A DNA stretch of 64,000 bases from Mobula hypostoma. Taxonomy: Eukaryota. The notes below the pieces were generated by a model that was given only the letters and a program-made list of their open reading frames with translations, searched no databases and was not told where the DNA came from. The position numbers and the translations under genes were made by a program. Below are positions 25,960 through 36,905 of this stretch, piece by piece (within the stretch, counting starts at the first letter, position 1; the number at the start of each line of letters is the position of its first letter). The DNA lies in NCBI RefSeq assembly GCF_963921235.1, contig NC_086101.1, forward strand, positions 6,512,001 through 6,576,000. The letters are read 5' to 3'.

Positions 25960-26175
25960 GTCTCTTCTAGGGCGGACTGTGTGATGTGTTTCGGCCCCAT
26001 GGAACCAGATGGGTATGGAGTTTGGTACAATCCTTTGGAAGATCACATCAATTTCTCTGTCTCCGCATTCAATTGCTGTGAAGAGACTAACACAGAGTCA
26101 TTTTCAAAATCACTGGAGACGGCCCTCTCAGATTTGCAGAATTTGGTCTTGGGAGCATCTGGTCAGAATTCATAG
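25960..26175 (+). CDS. CRAT-like gene, terminal coding exon
   Basis: cttttctcttttatag acceptor; VSSRADCVMCFGPMEPDGYGVWYNPLEDHINFSVSAFNCCEETN...SGQNS* versus human VPAKTDCVMFFGPVVPDGYGVCYNPMEAHINFSLSAYNSCAETN...AKL*; TAG at 26173-26175. Confidence 0.95.
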   Translation, partial: VSSRADCVMCFGPMEPDGYGVWYNPLEDHINFSVSAFNCCEETNTESFSKSLETALSDLQNLVLGASGQNS

Positions 26176-26602
26176 AGAGAGTTGGCCAGGAGCAGCCAGT
26201 CTCCTGTACAAAGTCAGAAATGCAGCTATTCACTGCGAGGTCACCTTGCAATCTGAACTAACAAGGTTTATTAAGGCTGATTGTTGCTGGATCAGATGTC
26301 CCAGCAACTGAACTAATAGTTGGTATTCATAACAGCGCGATGCAGGAAGCTGTTTACAAGTTTGCTTGCTGTCTCCGTATTCAAAGGTCAAAGTATATCA
26401 GTCCCTTAATTTGTTTGAAAAATCCTCAGCTGCATTTCATCTGCATTTTTCTGTTACAAATGAAGTGTGTTAGGATGGAAAAGGTGTGCCTCGTTTATTA
26501 TGCATTGCGTTTGACTCCCTTGCATCGTGTTTCTGGGCACCTTCTCTGACAGCTCAAGATGTGGAAGTACTACCTTCACCGCATAGAACACTATATATGT
26601 GT

Positions 26603-26608
26603 AATAAA
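26603..26608 (+). terminator. Candidate polyadenylation signal of the CRAT-like gene
   Basis: AATAAA about 430 nt after the stop, in unique AT-rich sequence, followed by a GT/T-rich stretch and preceding the next repeat. Confidence 0.55.
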
Positions 26609-27104
26609 ACTGTTACAACTCTACAGAAATTGCAGTTATTTGTTGGATATCGGACTTGCACACATTTTACATCCTCTTAATTGTCTTTTTAACTCAGTGT
26701 AGTTTCCCAATCAACAAGCCCCATATCTTTTATTATTTCTATTTCTACCATCAGCCACTGTTTACCCCTTTGCACAAAGTTCGACATACATTATTATCAA
26801 AGTATGTGTACTTTATACAACCTTGAGATTCATCTCCTTACGGGCAGCTACAAAACAAAGAAACACAATAGAATCCAGGAAAAAAACCCGCAACCCCACC
26901 ATAAAGACGGTCAAACATCCAACATACGAGAAAAGAAATCGTGAAAACAATTTAAAAAAAAAAGAACCAATAATACACAGAACATCAGAATGGGGTTTAC
27001 TGTCACTGGCATGCGTCATGAAATTTGTTAACTTGGCAGCAGCAGAACAATGCAATACATAGTAAGAAAGATAATTCAATAAATCAATTACAGAGAGTAA
27101 ATAT

Positions 27105-29247
27105 AAAAGAGGTGGGGGCGTGGCACTGCTGATCAGAGATAGTGTCACGGATGCAGAAAAGGAGGAACTCATAGAGGGGTTGTCTACAGAGTCTCTGTGG
27201 GTGGAAGTTAGGAATAGGAAGGGGTCAATAACCCAAATGGGTGTTTTTTAGACTACCCAATAGTAACAGGGACATCGAGGAGCAGACAAGGGAGACAGAA
27301 TCTGGAAGAGAGTAATACTAACAGGGTTGTTGAGGTGAGAGATTTTAATTCCCAAATATTGATTGGCATCTCCCTAGAGCGAGGGGTTTAGATGGGTTGG
27401 TCTGTTCAGGAAGGTTTCTTAACACAATATGTAGATAAGCCTACAAGAGAAGAGGCTGTAATTGATCTGGTATTGGGAAATGAACCTGGTCAGGTGTCAG
27501 GTCTCTCAGTCGGAGAGCATTTTGGAGATAGTGATCACAATTCTATTTCCTTTACTATAGCACTGGAGAAGGATAGGAACAGACAAGTTAGGGAAAAGTT
27601 TAATTGGACTATGAGGAACTTGGAAGCATAAATTGGAAACAGACGTTCTCAGGGAAATGTACGGAAGAAATGTGGCAAATATTCAGGGGTATTTGCGTGG
27701 GGCTCTGCGTAGGTACGTTCCAATGAGACATGGAAAGGATGATAGGGTACAAGATCTGTGGTGCACAAAGGCTGTTGTAAATCAAGTCAAGAAGAAAAGA
27801 AGAGCTTACAAAAGGTTCAAAAAACTAGGTAACGATATGAATCTAGATGACTATAAGGCTAGCGGGAAGGAGCTTAAGAATGAAATTAGGAGAGTCAGAA
27901 AGGGCCAGGAGAGAATAGGACTAATCAAGTGTGATAGTGGAAAAGTGTGTATGGAACCGGAGGAAATAGCAGAGGTACTTAATGAATACTTTGCTTCAGT
28001 ATTCACTATGGAAAAGGATCTTGGCGATCGTAGGGATGACTTGCAGTGGACTGGAAAGCTTGAGAATGTAGATATTAAGAAAGAGGATATGCTGGAGCTT
28101 TTGGAAAGCACCAAGTTGGATAAGTCACCGGTACCAGACAGGATGTACCCCAAGCTACTGTGGGAAGTGAGGGAGGAGATTGCTGAGCCTCTGGCAATGA
28201 TCTTTGCATCATCAATGAGGATGGGAGAGGTCATATTCTGCACGGAGGCCGGTGACCGGTGGTGAACCTCAGGAATCTGTTCTGGGACCCTTACTCTTTG
28301 TGATTTTTATAATAAATGACCTGGATGAGGAAGTGGAGGGATGGGTTAGTAAATTTGCTGATGACACAAAGGTTAGGGATATTGTGGATGGTGTGGAGGG
28401 CTGTCAGAGGTTACAACGGGACATTGATAGGATGCAAAAATGGGCTTAGAAGTGGCTGATGGAGTTCAACCCAGATAAGTGTGAGGTAGTTCATTTTGGT
28501 AGGTCAAATATGATGGCAGAATATGGTATTCACGGTAAGACTCTTGGCAGTGTGGAGGATCAGCGGGATCTTGGAATCCGAGTCCATAGGATACTCAAAG
28601 CTGCTACACAGATTAAATGTGTGGTTAAGAAGGCATACAGTGCATTGGCCTTCATCAATCATGGGATTGATTTTAAGAGCCAAGAGGTAATGGTGCAGCT
28701 ATATAGGACCCTGGTCAGACTCCACTTGGAGTACTGTGCCCAATTCTGGTTGCTTCACTACATAAAGAACGTGGAAACCATAGAAAGGGTGCAGAGGAGA
28801 TTTACAATGATGTTGCCTGGATTGGGGAGCATACCTTATGAGAATAGTTTGAGTGAACTGGGCCTTTTCTCCTTGGAGCGACGGAGGATGAGAGGTGACC
28901 TGATAGAGGTGTACAAGATAATGAGAGGCATTGATCGTGTGGATAGTCAGAGACTTTCCCCCGGGGCTGAAATGGCTAGCATGAGAGGGCACAGTTTTAA
29001 GGTGCTTGGAAGTAGGTACAGAGGAGATGTCAGGGGTAAATTTTTTACGCAGAGAGTGGTGAGTGCGTGGAATGGGCTGCCGGCAGCGGTGGTGGAGGCA
29101 GAAACAATAGGGTCTTTTAAGAGACTCCTGGGTGGGTACATAGAGCTTGGAAAAATGGAGGGCTATGGGTAAAGCCTAGGTAGTTCTTTGGCACAGCTTT
29201 GTGGGCCAAAGGGCCTGTATTGTACTGTATGTTTTCTATGTTTCTAT
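27105..29247 (+). mobile_element. Internally deleted CR1 LINE (EN to 3' end)
   Basis: DLVLGNEPGQ, GDSDHN, KFADDTKV, 237-aa C-terminal ORF; ttctatgtttcta tail; same family as 12314-12630, 41198-41715 and 47298-48890. Confidence 0.85.
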
Positions 29248-29289
29248 ATAAATGTATATGGAATCGATTAAGAATAGTGCAAAAAAAAA

Positions 29290-30790
29290 AATAACATGTA
29301 TTTTAAAGAAGTGAGTTAGTGTTCATAGGTTCAGTGCCCATTTAGGTATCAGATGGCAGAGGGGAAGAAGCTGTTCCTGAATCGCTGAGTGTGTGCTTTC
29401 GGGCTTCTGAAACTCCTTCGTGATGGTAACAATGAGAAGAGGGCACGTCCTGGGTGCTGGGCACCACTCCTTGAAGGTGTCTTGGATTCGATGGAGGCTG
29501 GTCCCAAGATGGAGCTAGTTTTACATCTTTCTATAGCTTCTTTTGACCTGTTCAGTAGCATCCCCCCTCCCCACTGGACAGTGTGCGGCCTGACAGAACA
29601 CTCTCCTCAGTATGTTCTAGAAGTTTTCGAGTTTTTTAGTTGACAAACCCAAACTCTTCAATCTCCTAATGAAATGTGGCCATTGCCTTGCTGCCTTTAC
29701 AGCTGAATTGATATGTTGGGACCAGGTTAAATCCTCAGAGATTTTGACACCCAGGAACTTGAAATTGCTCACTCTCTCCACTTCTGACCCCTCTATGAGG
29801 ATTGGTTCGTGTTCCCTCATCTTGCCCTACCTGAAGTCCACAATCAGCACTTTCATCTTACTGACATTGAGTATAAGGTTGTTGCTGCAACACCACTCAA
29901 CTAGCTGGTATATCTTGCTCCTGTACACCCTGTCATCTCCATCTGAGGTTACACCAACAATGGTTGTATCGTCAGCAAATTTTCAGTGGTATTTGAGCTA
30001 TATTTAGCCACACAGTCATGGATATAGGTGGAGTAGAGCATTGGGCTAAGCACACACCCCCGATGTGTGCCAGTGTTGCCTGAAAGTATGGAGGAGATAT
30101 TAGATAGATAAGTAGATACTTTATTGATCCCAAAGGAAATTACAGTGTCACAGTAGCATTACAAGTGCACAAATACAAATATGAGAAGAAAAGTAAAAAG
30201 AATACAAACCACAAACAGTCTAACAGGAAGGGGACATCACTGCTCTGGCTACAGGTTGACGCATTATGGAACTTAATGGCTGAGGGTAAGAATAAACTCA
30301 TGCTCTTAGGAATGGTGCAGTTGTCTTAGACTGTTACCGAAATTGCTCCTCTGTTCAGCCAAGGTGGCATGCAAAGGGTGAGAAACATTGTCCAGAATTG
30401 CCAGGACTTTCCACAGGGCCCTTTGTTTTACCTCAGCCTCCAGTGTGTTCCGTTTGACTTCTATAACAGAGAAGTCAAAAAACATGACCCTCACAGTGCT
30501 CGCTGGCTTGTCCAGGTGGGCGTAGACAGGGTTCAGCAGGTAGACGATGGCATCCTCAACTTCTAGTCGGGGTTGGTAGGCGAACTGGAGGGGGATCTAA
30601 GTTTGGCCTGACCACAGGCCGGAGCAGCTCCAGAACAAGTCTCTCCAGGGTCTTCATGATGTGGGAGGTCATTGCCACCAGTCTGTAGTTATTGAGGCCG
30701 CTGGGGTGCGATGTCTTCGGCACAGGGACGAGGCAGGACGTCTTCCACAGCACAGGAACCCTCTGGAGACTCATGCTCAAGTCTTGTTTT
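29290..30790 (-). mobile_element. Stack of decayed Rex1/Babar-like LINE fragments
   Basis: EVERVSNFKFLGVKISEDLTW, WKTSCLVPVPK..LNNYRLVAMTSHIMKTLERLV, RVMFFDFS on the minus strand. Confidence 0.7.
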
Positions 30791-31460
30791 GGTGTTCCAC
30801 TCAAGTCTGTCCTCTCAGTGCACAGTGCACCTGAGTACTCTCAGGATTATCACCAATCCGCACAGGTTGTGGTCGTCGTCCGGTTAGGAAGTCGAGGATT
30901 CAGTTGCAGAGGCCCAGGTTCTGTAGCTTATTGATCAGGACTGGGGGAATCAATCTAGGTGTACAAATTATTTTACATCTTTATCTTTATTGTGTTTTTT
31001 AATGATTTTTGTATTCCTTATAGTACTTTTTCTGTGCTGCATGGGACCTGTAGTAATGATTATTTTGTTCTCCTTTACACTTGTGTACTGGAAATGACAT
31101 TGAGCAATCTTGAATCTTGCCTTTTCAGGTTATAGCAACAACTCGTATTCTATCTCTGATGGCATTGACTTCTCCAACTTTCGGTAATTTCCAGCCCTTT
31201 TCATTCTTTCCTCATTCTGGTTTTCCTCTTATCCCTTTTCTTTTCCTCATCCGCCCGTCAACTCTTGTCTGGTGCCCCTCATCCTTCCCCTTCTCCTATC
31301 AGATTTCATTTTCTTTAGCTCTTTACCTCTTTCGTCGATCACAGACTCTAAACGGGACTCAACAATATTTTTATACTGTTGCAACATGACTTGCCAACTT
31401 TTAAACTCAGCACTCCAACCGATGATTGCAAATAAGCCGGTTGTCTTCTTTACCACTCTG

Positions 31461-34400
31461 GGGCAGGGATTCAAGTTTTTGGATCATTGGAACCTCTTTT
31501 GGCGCAGGCGTGACCTGTACAAAAAGGACGGGTTACACTTGAATCCTAGGGGGACCAATATCCTGGCAGGGAGATTAGCGGGGGCTACTGAGGTGACTTT
31601 AAACTAGAATAGTTGGGGGGTGGGAATCAAATTAAAGAGGCCAGGCGTGAGGAGGTTAGTTCACAACAGAGGGATGGGAACCAGTGCAGAGAGACAGAGG
31701 GGTGTAAAGTGAGGGTAGAAGCAAAAAGTACAAAGGAGAAAAGTAAAAGTGGCAGGCCGACAAATCCAGGGCAAGCATTAAAAAGGGCCACTTTTCAACA
31801 TAATTGTATAAGGGCAAAGAGAGTTGTAAAAGAGCGCCTGAAGGCTTTATGTGTCAATGCAAGGAGCATTCGTAATAAGGTGGATGAATTGAAAGTGCAG
31901 ATTGTTATTAATGATTATGATATAGTTGGGATCACAGAGACATGGCTCCAGGGTGATCAGGGATGGGAGCTCAACGTTCAGGGATATTCAATATTCAGGA
32001 GGGATAGACATGAAGGAAGGGGAGGTGGGGTGGCGTTGCTGGTTAAAGAGGAGATTAACGCAATAGAAAGGAAGGACATAAGCCGGGAAGATGTGGAATC
32101 GATATGGGTAGAGCTGCGTAACACCAAGGGGCAGAAGACGCTGGTGGGAGTTGTGTACAGGCCACCTAACAGTAGTAGTGAGGTCGGAGATGGTATTAAA
32201 CAGGAAATTAGAAATGTGTGCAATAAAGGAACAGCAGTTATAATGGGTGACTTCAATCTACATGTAGACTGGGTGAACCAAATTGGTAAAGGTGCTGAGG
32301 AAGAGGATTTCTTGGAATGTATGCGGGATGGTTTTTTGAACCAACATGTTGAGGAACCAACTAGAGAGCAGGCTATTCTGGACGGGGTTTTGAGCAATGA
32401 GGAAGGGTTAATTAGCGATCTTGTCATGAGAGGCCCCTTGGGTAAGGGTGACCATAATATGGTGGAATTCTTCATTAAGATGGAGAGTGACATAGTTAAT
32501 TCAGAAACAAAGGTTCTGAACTTAAAGAGGGGTGACTTTGAAGGTATGAGACGTGAATTAGCTAAGATAGACTGGCAAATGACACTTAAAGGATTGACGG
32601 TGGATATGCAATGGCAAGCATTTAAAGGTTGCATGGATGAACTACAACAATTGTTCATCCCAGTTTGGCAAAAGAATAAATCAAGGAAGGTAGTGCACCC
32701 GTGGCTGACAAGAGAAATTAGGGATAGTATCAATTCCAAAGAAGAAGCATACAAATTAGCCAGAGAAAGTGGCTCACCTGAGGACTGGGAGAAATTCAGA
32801 GTTCAGCAGAGGAGGACAAAGGGCTTAATTAGGAAGGGGAAAAAAGATGATGAGAGAAAACTGGCAGGGAACATAAAAACGGACTGTAAAAGCTTTTATA
32901 GATATGTAAAAAGGAAAAGACTGGTAAAGACAAATGTAGGTCCCCTGCAGACAGAAACAGGTGAATTGATTATGGGGAGCAAGGACATGGCAGACCAATT
33001 GAATAAATACTTTGGTTCTGTCTTCACTAAGGAGGACATAAATAATCTTCCAGAAATAGTAAGGGACAGAGGGTCCAGTGAGATGGAGGAACTGAGCGAA
33101 ATACATGTTAGTAGGGAAGTGGTGTTAGGTAAATTGAAGGGATTGAAGGCAGATAAATCCCCAGGGCCAGATGGTCTGCATCCTAGAGTGCTTAAAGAAG
33201 TAGCCCAAGAAATAGTGGATGCATTAGTGATAATTTTTCAAAACTCGTTAGATTCTGGACTAGTTCCTGAGGATTGGAGGGTGGCTAATGTAACCCCACT
33301 TTTTAAAAAAGGAGGGAGAGAGAAACCGGGGAATTATAGACCGGTTAGCCTAACATCGGTGGTGGGGAAACTGCTGGAGTCAGTTATCAAGGATGTGATA
33401 ACAGCACATTTGGAAAGCGGTGAAATGATTGGACAAAGTCAGCATGGATTTGTGAAAGGAAAATCATGTCTGACGAATCTCATAGAATTTTTTGAGGATG
33501 TAACTAGTAGAGTGGATAGGGGAGAACCAGTGGATGTGGTATATTTGGATTTTCAAAAGGCTTTTGACAAGGTCCCACACAGGAGATTAGTGTGCAAACT
33601 TAAAGCACACGGTATTGGGGGTAAGGTATTGGTGTGGGTGGAGAATTGGTTAGCAGACAGGAAGCAAAGAGTGGGAATAAACGGAACCTTTTCAGAATGG
33701 CAGGCGGTGACTAGTGGGGTACCGCAAGGCTCAGTGCTGGGACCCCAGTTGTTTACAATATATATTAATGACTTGGATGAGGGAATTAAATGCAGCATCT
33801 CCAAGTTTGCGGATGACACGAAGCTGGGTGGCAGTGTTAGCAGTGAGGAGGATGCTAAGAGGATGCAGGGTGACTTGGATAGGTTGGGTGAGTGGGCAAA
33901 TTCATGGCAGATGCAATTTAATGTGGATAAATGTGAAGTTATCCACTTTGGTGGCAAAATTAGGAAAACAGATTATTATCTGAATGGTGGCCGATTAGGA
34001 AAACGGGAGGTGCAACAAAACCTGGGTGTCATTATACACCAGTCATTGAAAGTGGGCATGCAGGTACAGCAGGCGGTGAAAAAGGCGAATGGTATGCTGG
34101 CATTTATAGCGAGAGGATTCAAGTACAGGAGCAGGGAGGTACTACTGCAGTTGTACAAGGCCTTGGTGAGACCACACCTGGAGTATTGTGTGCAGTTTTG
34201 GTCCCCTAATCTGAGGAAAGACATCTTTGCCATAGAGGGAGTACAAAGAAGGTTCACCAGATTGATTCCTGGGATGGCAGGACTTTCATATGAAGAAAGA
34301 CTGGATGAATTGGGCTTGTACTCGTTGGAATTTAGAAGATTGAGGGGGGATCTGATTGAAACGTATAAGATCCTAAAGGGATTGGACAGGCTAGATGCAG

Positions 34401-34743
34401 GAAGATTGTTCCCGATGTTGGGGAAGTCCAGAACGAGGGGTCACAGTTTGAGGATAGAGGGGAAGCCTTTTAGGACCGAGATTAGGAAAAACTTCTTCAC
34501 ACAGAGAGTGGTGAATCTGTGGAATTCTCTGCCACAGGAAACTGTTGAGGCCAGTTCATTGGCTATATTTAAGAGGGAGTTAGATATGGCCCTTGTGGCT
34601 ACGGGGTTCTGGGGGTATGGAGGGAAGGCTGGGGCGGGGTTCTGAGTTGGATGATCAGCCATGATCATAATAAATGGTGGTGCAGGCTTGAAGGGCCAAA
34701 TGGCCTACTCCTGCACCTATTTTCTATGTTTCTATGTTTCTAT
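31461..34743 (+). mobile_element. Young 5'-truncated CR1 LINE (ORF1 C-terminus, intact ORF2, 3'UTR)
   Basis: ORF1 esterase end FLDHWNLF..DGLHLN..TLN* (TAG 31605-31607), ORF2, tail ttctatgtttctatgtttctat; splits an older minus-strand CR1 (accactctg|...ccccttgtgtggcc). Confidence 0.93.
31613..34645 (+). CDS. CR1 ORF2: APE endonuclease plus reverse transcriptase, 1010 open codons
   Basis: EN motifs NARS, ITETW, GGGVALLV, VYRPP, MGDFN, (S>G)DH; RT motifs QHGF, YLDFQKAFDKVPH, GVPQGSVLGP, KFADDTKL; no internal stop. Confidence 0.92.
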   Translation: MGGGNQIKEARREEVSSQQRDGNQCRETEGCKVRVEAKSTKEKSKSGRPTNPGQALKRATFQHNCIRAKRVVKERLKALCVNARSIRNKVDELKVQIVINDYDIVGITETWLQGDQGWELNVQGYSIFRRDRHEGRGGGVALLVKEEINAIERKDISREDVESIWVELRNTKGQKTLVGVVYRPPNSSSEVGDGIKQEIRNVCNKGTAVIMGDFNLHVDWVNQIGKGAEEEDFLECMRDGFLNQHVEEPTREQAILDGVLSNEEGLISDLVMRGPLGKGDHNMVEFFIKMESDIVNSETKVLNLKRGDFEGMRRELAKIDWQMTLKGLTVDMQWQAFKGCMDELQQLFIPVWQKNKSRKVVHPWLTREIRDSINSKEEAYKLARESGSPEDWEKFRVQQRRTKGLIRKGKKDDERKLAGNIKTDCKSFYRYVKRKRLVKTNVGPLQTETGELIMGSKDMADQLNKYFGSVFTKEDINNLPEIVRDRGSSEMEELSEIHVSREVVLGKLKGLKADKSPGPDGLHPRVLKEVAQEIVDALVIIFQNSLDSGLVPEDWRVANVTPLFKKGGREKPGNYRPVSLTSVVGKLLESVIKDVITAHLESGEMIGQSQHGFVKGKSCLTNLIEFFEDVTSRVDRGEPVDVVYLDFQKAFDKVPHRRLVCKLKAHGIGGKVLVWVENWLADRKQRVGINGTFSEWQAVTSGVPQGSVLGPQLFTIYINDLDEGIKCSISKFADDTKLGGSVSSEEDAKRMQGDLDRLGEWANSWQMQFNVDKCEVIHFGGKIRKTDYYLNGGRLGKREVQQNLGVIIHQSLKVGMQVQQAVKKANGMLAFIARGFKYRSREVLLQLYKALVRPHLEYCVQFWSPNLRKDIFAIEGVQRRFTRLIPGMAGLSYEERLDELGLYSLEFRRLRGDLIETYKILKGLDRLDAGRLFPMLGKSRTRGHSLRIEGKPFRTEIRKNFFTQRVVNLWNSLPQETVEASSLAIFKRELDMALVATGFWGYGGKAGAGF

Positions 34744-35689
34744 CCCCTTGTGTGGCCAAAGCACAAGGTGGAAATATCTAAACGTGAGAGTCTGCCAATT
34801 CAGCAGTGTCATGAGGAGAAGTTTGAATCTGTTTTCTTCATATGGGCAACGGTTGACTTTAATTCAGAGATTGGCAGTTTTTATAAAGGGATATATTGAA
34901 TGCGTAGCCCTGGGTTACATAAGGGTTACACAGTACTTCTGAGAATACTTTAAACTGAATTCTTTGAAAATTGGAAAAGAACAACTTTTCTCCAAAATAT
35001 TTTACGAGGATGGGTTGAACAAGCTGTTTCTTTTCTCTTTGGGACAAAGGAGGATAAGAGGTAACTTGGTAGAGGTGTACAAGGTGGTAAGAGGCAGATA
35101 TCGAGTAGACAGCCAGAGACTTTTCCCCAGGGCCAAAATGGCTAATACAAGGGGCAAAATTTGAAGGTAATTGGAGGAAAGCCTAGAGTGGATATCAGAG
35201 ATAAATTTTACACAGAGAGTGGTAAGTACATGGAAGGCTGACGGGGTGATGGTAGAGGCAGATACATTTGGGGCAGTTGAGTGATCCTTAGATAAGCACA
35301 CGGGTGAGAGAGAAGTGGAAGATAATGTAAGAGGGAAGAGTCAGATTGATCTTGGAGTACAATGAAAGGTCAGCACAACATTGTGGGCAGAAGGGCCGTA
35401 CTGTAGTGTTCCATGTTCTATGTTCTGTGGGCTAAAATAGCAATGTGGAATCTTTAGCAGGTTTTGGTGAAAGATTTGCAGAGAATAGCTGAAAGGTGGT
35501 GAGGATGGAATATAAGCAGTTGTTGTTATCAGCAAGGACAGCATAATAAGTGTTTGTTTGAATGCAGCCCCAGGAGGCATCTGGAAATGTTCTGAAAGAA
35601 GAAAGTTGCCGGTATTGCATTTATGTTGGCAATTTGACATTATCCTCACTAGAAATGTTTTTTCTATAGGGAATCAATTCTTTACAGTG

Positions 35690-35750
35690 ATGGAAAGAAG
35701 CTGCCCCAGAATTTTGTTTGTATTCTGCATTCTTCAAACAGCCTTATCAG
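35690..35750 (+). CDS. Butyrophilin-like gene, signal-peptide exon
   Basis: ATG at 35690; MERSCPRILFVFCILQTALS+G, hydrophobic core ending A-L-S; phase-1 GT donor joins in frame to the IgV exon; AG acceptors upstream (35668-35669, 35686-35687) suggest a 5'UTR exon further upstream. Confidence 0.8.
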
Positions 35751-36285
35751 GTTAAGTTTTCTGACCTTGACATGAATTGTATTTTTTTGCTGTAACAATA
35801 TTAAACATGTATTTTTGAAAAAGCTGAATTGTTTCAATTCAGATTGTTTTTGTGTGCTGTGCAGTAGAATCTCATCAGATAAACAGTTGCCAATCACAAA
35901 TTACTGTATCTATAACTAAATTTGATATTTTTGCCTCGGATCCTCTGTGAACGAATTCCAGTCAGTCAGTGGGGCACAGACCCAAGCTGTTGCGTTCAAC
36001 TTTGTTTCTTGATGCTTGTTTGGCAGTAATAGATGACATTTGGCTCCCACTCAGAAGCCTGTCTTCACTCTGAATGTGAGCCCTGCTTTGTGTGATCACA
36101 GAACATTACACCCACAATGTTGTGCTGACCTTTCAACCTAGATCCATCTAACTCTTACCTCCTAAATAACCCTGAATTTTCCTATCATCCATCTGCCTAT
36201 TTAAGAGTCCCTTAACTGTCTCTAATGTATCTTACCTCTGTCACCACCCCAACACACCACTCTCTACGTAAAAACACTACCAATG

Positions 36286-36905
36286 ACATAGGAACATAAG
36301 AAGTAGGAGCAGGAGTAGGCCACCCTTCCCATCGAGCTTGCCCCACCATTCAATAAGATCATGGCTGATCTGTCCGTAAACTCAGCTCCATCTACCTGCC
36401 TTTTCTCCATAACACTTAATTCCTTATTATGTAAAAACCTAGGTAACTGTTTCTTAAATATATTTAGTGAAGAAGCCTCAACTGCTTCCCTGGGGAGAGA
36501 ATTCCACAGTTTCACCACTCTTTGTGAAAAACAGTTTCTCCTCGTCTCCATCCTAAATCTTCTCCCCTGAATCTTGAGGCAATGTCCCCTAGTTCTAGTC
36601 TCACCCACCAATGGAAACAACTTTCCTACTTCTATCTTATCTATCCCTTCCAAAATTTTGTATGTTTCTATAAGATCCCCTTTCATTCTTCTGAACTCCA
36701 GAGAGTGTAGTCCCAGGCGACTCAATCTCTCTTCATAAGTTAACCTCTTCATCTCTGAAATCAACCTGGTGAACCTCCTCTGCACTGCCCCCAAAGCCAG
36801 TATATCCTTCCTCAAGTGTGGACACCAGAACTGCACACAGCACTCCAGGTGCGACCTCACCAGTACCCTGTATAGTTGCAGCATGACCTCCCTGCTCTTG
36901 AATTC
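36286..36905 (-). mobile_element. CR1 3' fragment (family of 14807-19072) nested in another CR1 fragment
   Basis: FKSREVMLQLYRVLVRSHLECCVQFW..GDLIETYKIL; chimeric ORF 36264-37046. Confidence 0.8.

Noticed and set aside
31978..34257. Long antisense ORFs (258, 134, 93 aa) over CR1 ORF2, and similar ones over other CR1 copies
   Set aside because: Shadow frames of the RT gene, Ser/Leu-rich with no domain signature.
34937..34968. Two TTCN3GAA (GAS-like) motifs upstream of the butyrophilin ATG
   Set aside because: Only six specified bases each in AT-rich DNA, and the transcription start is unknown.
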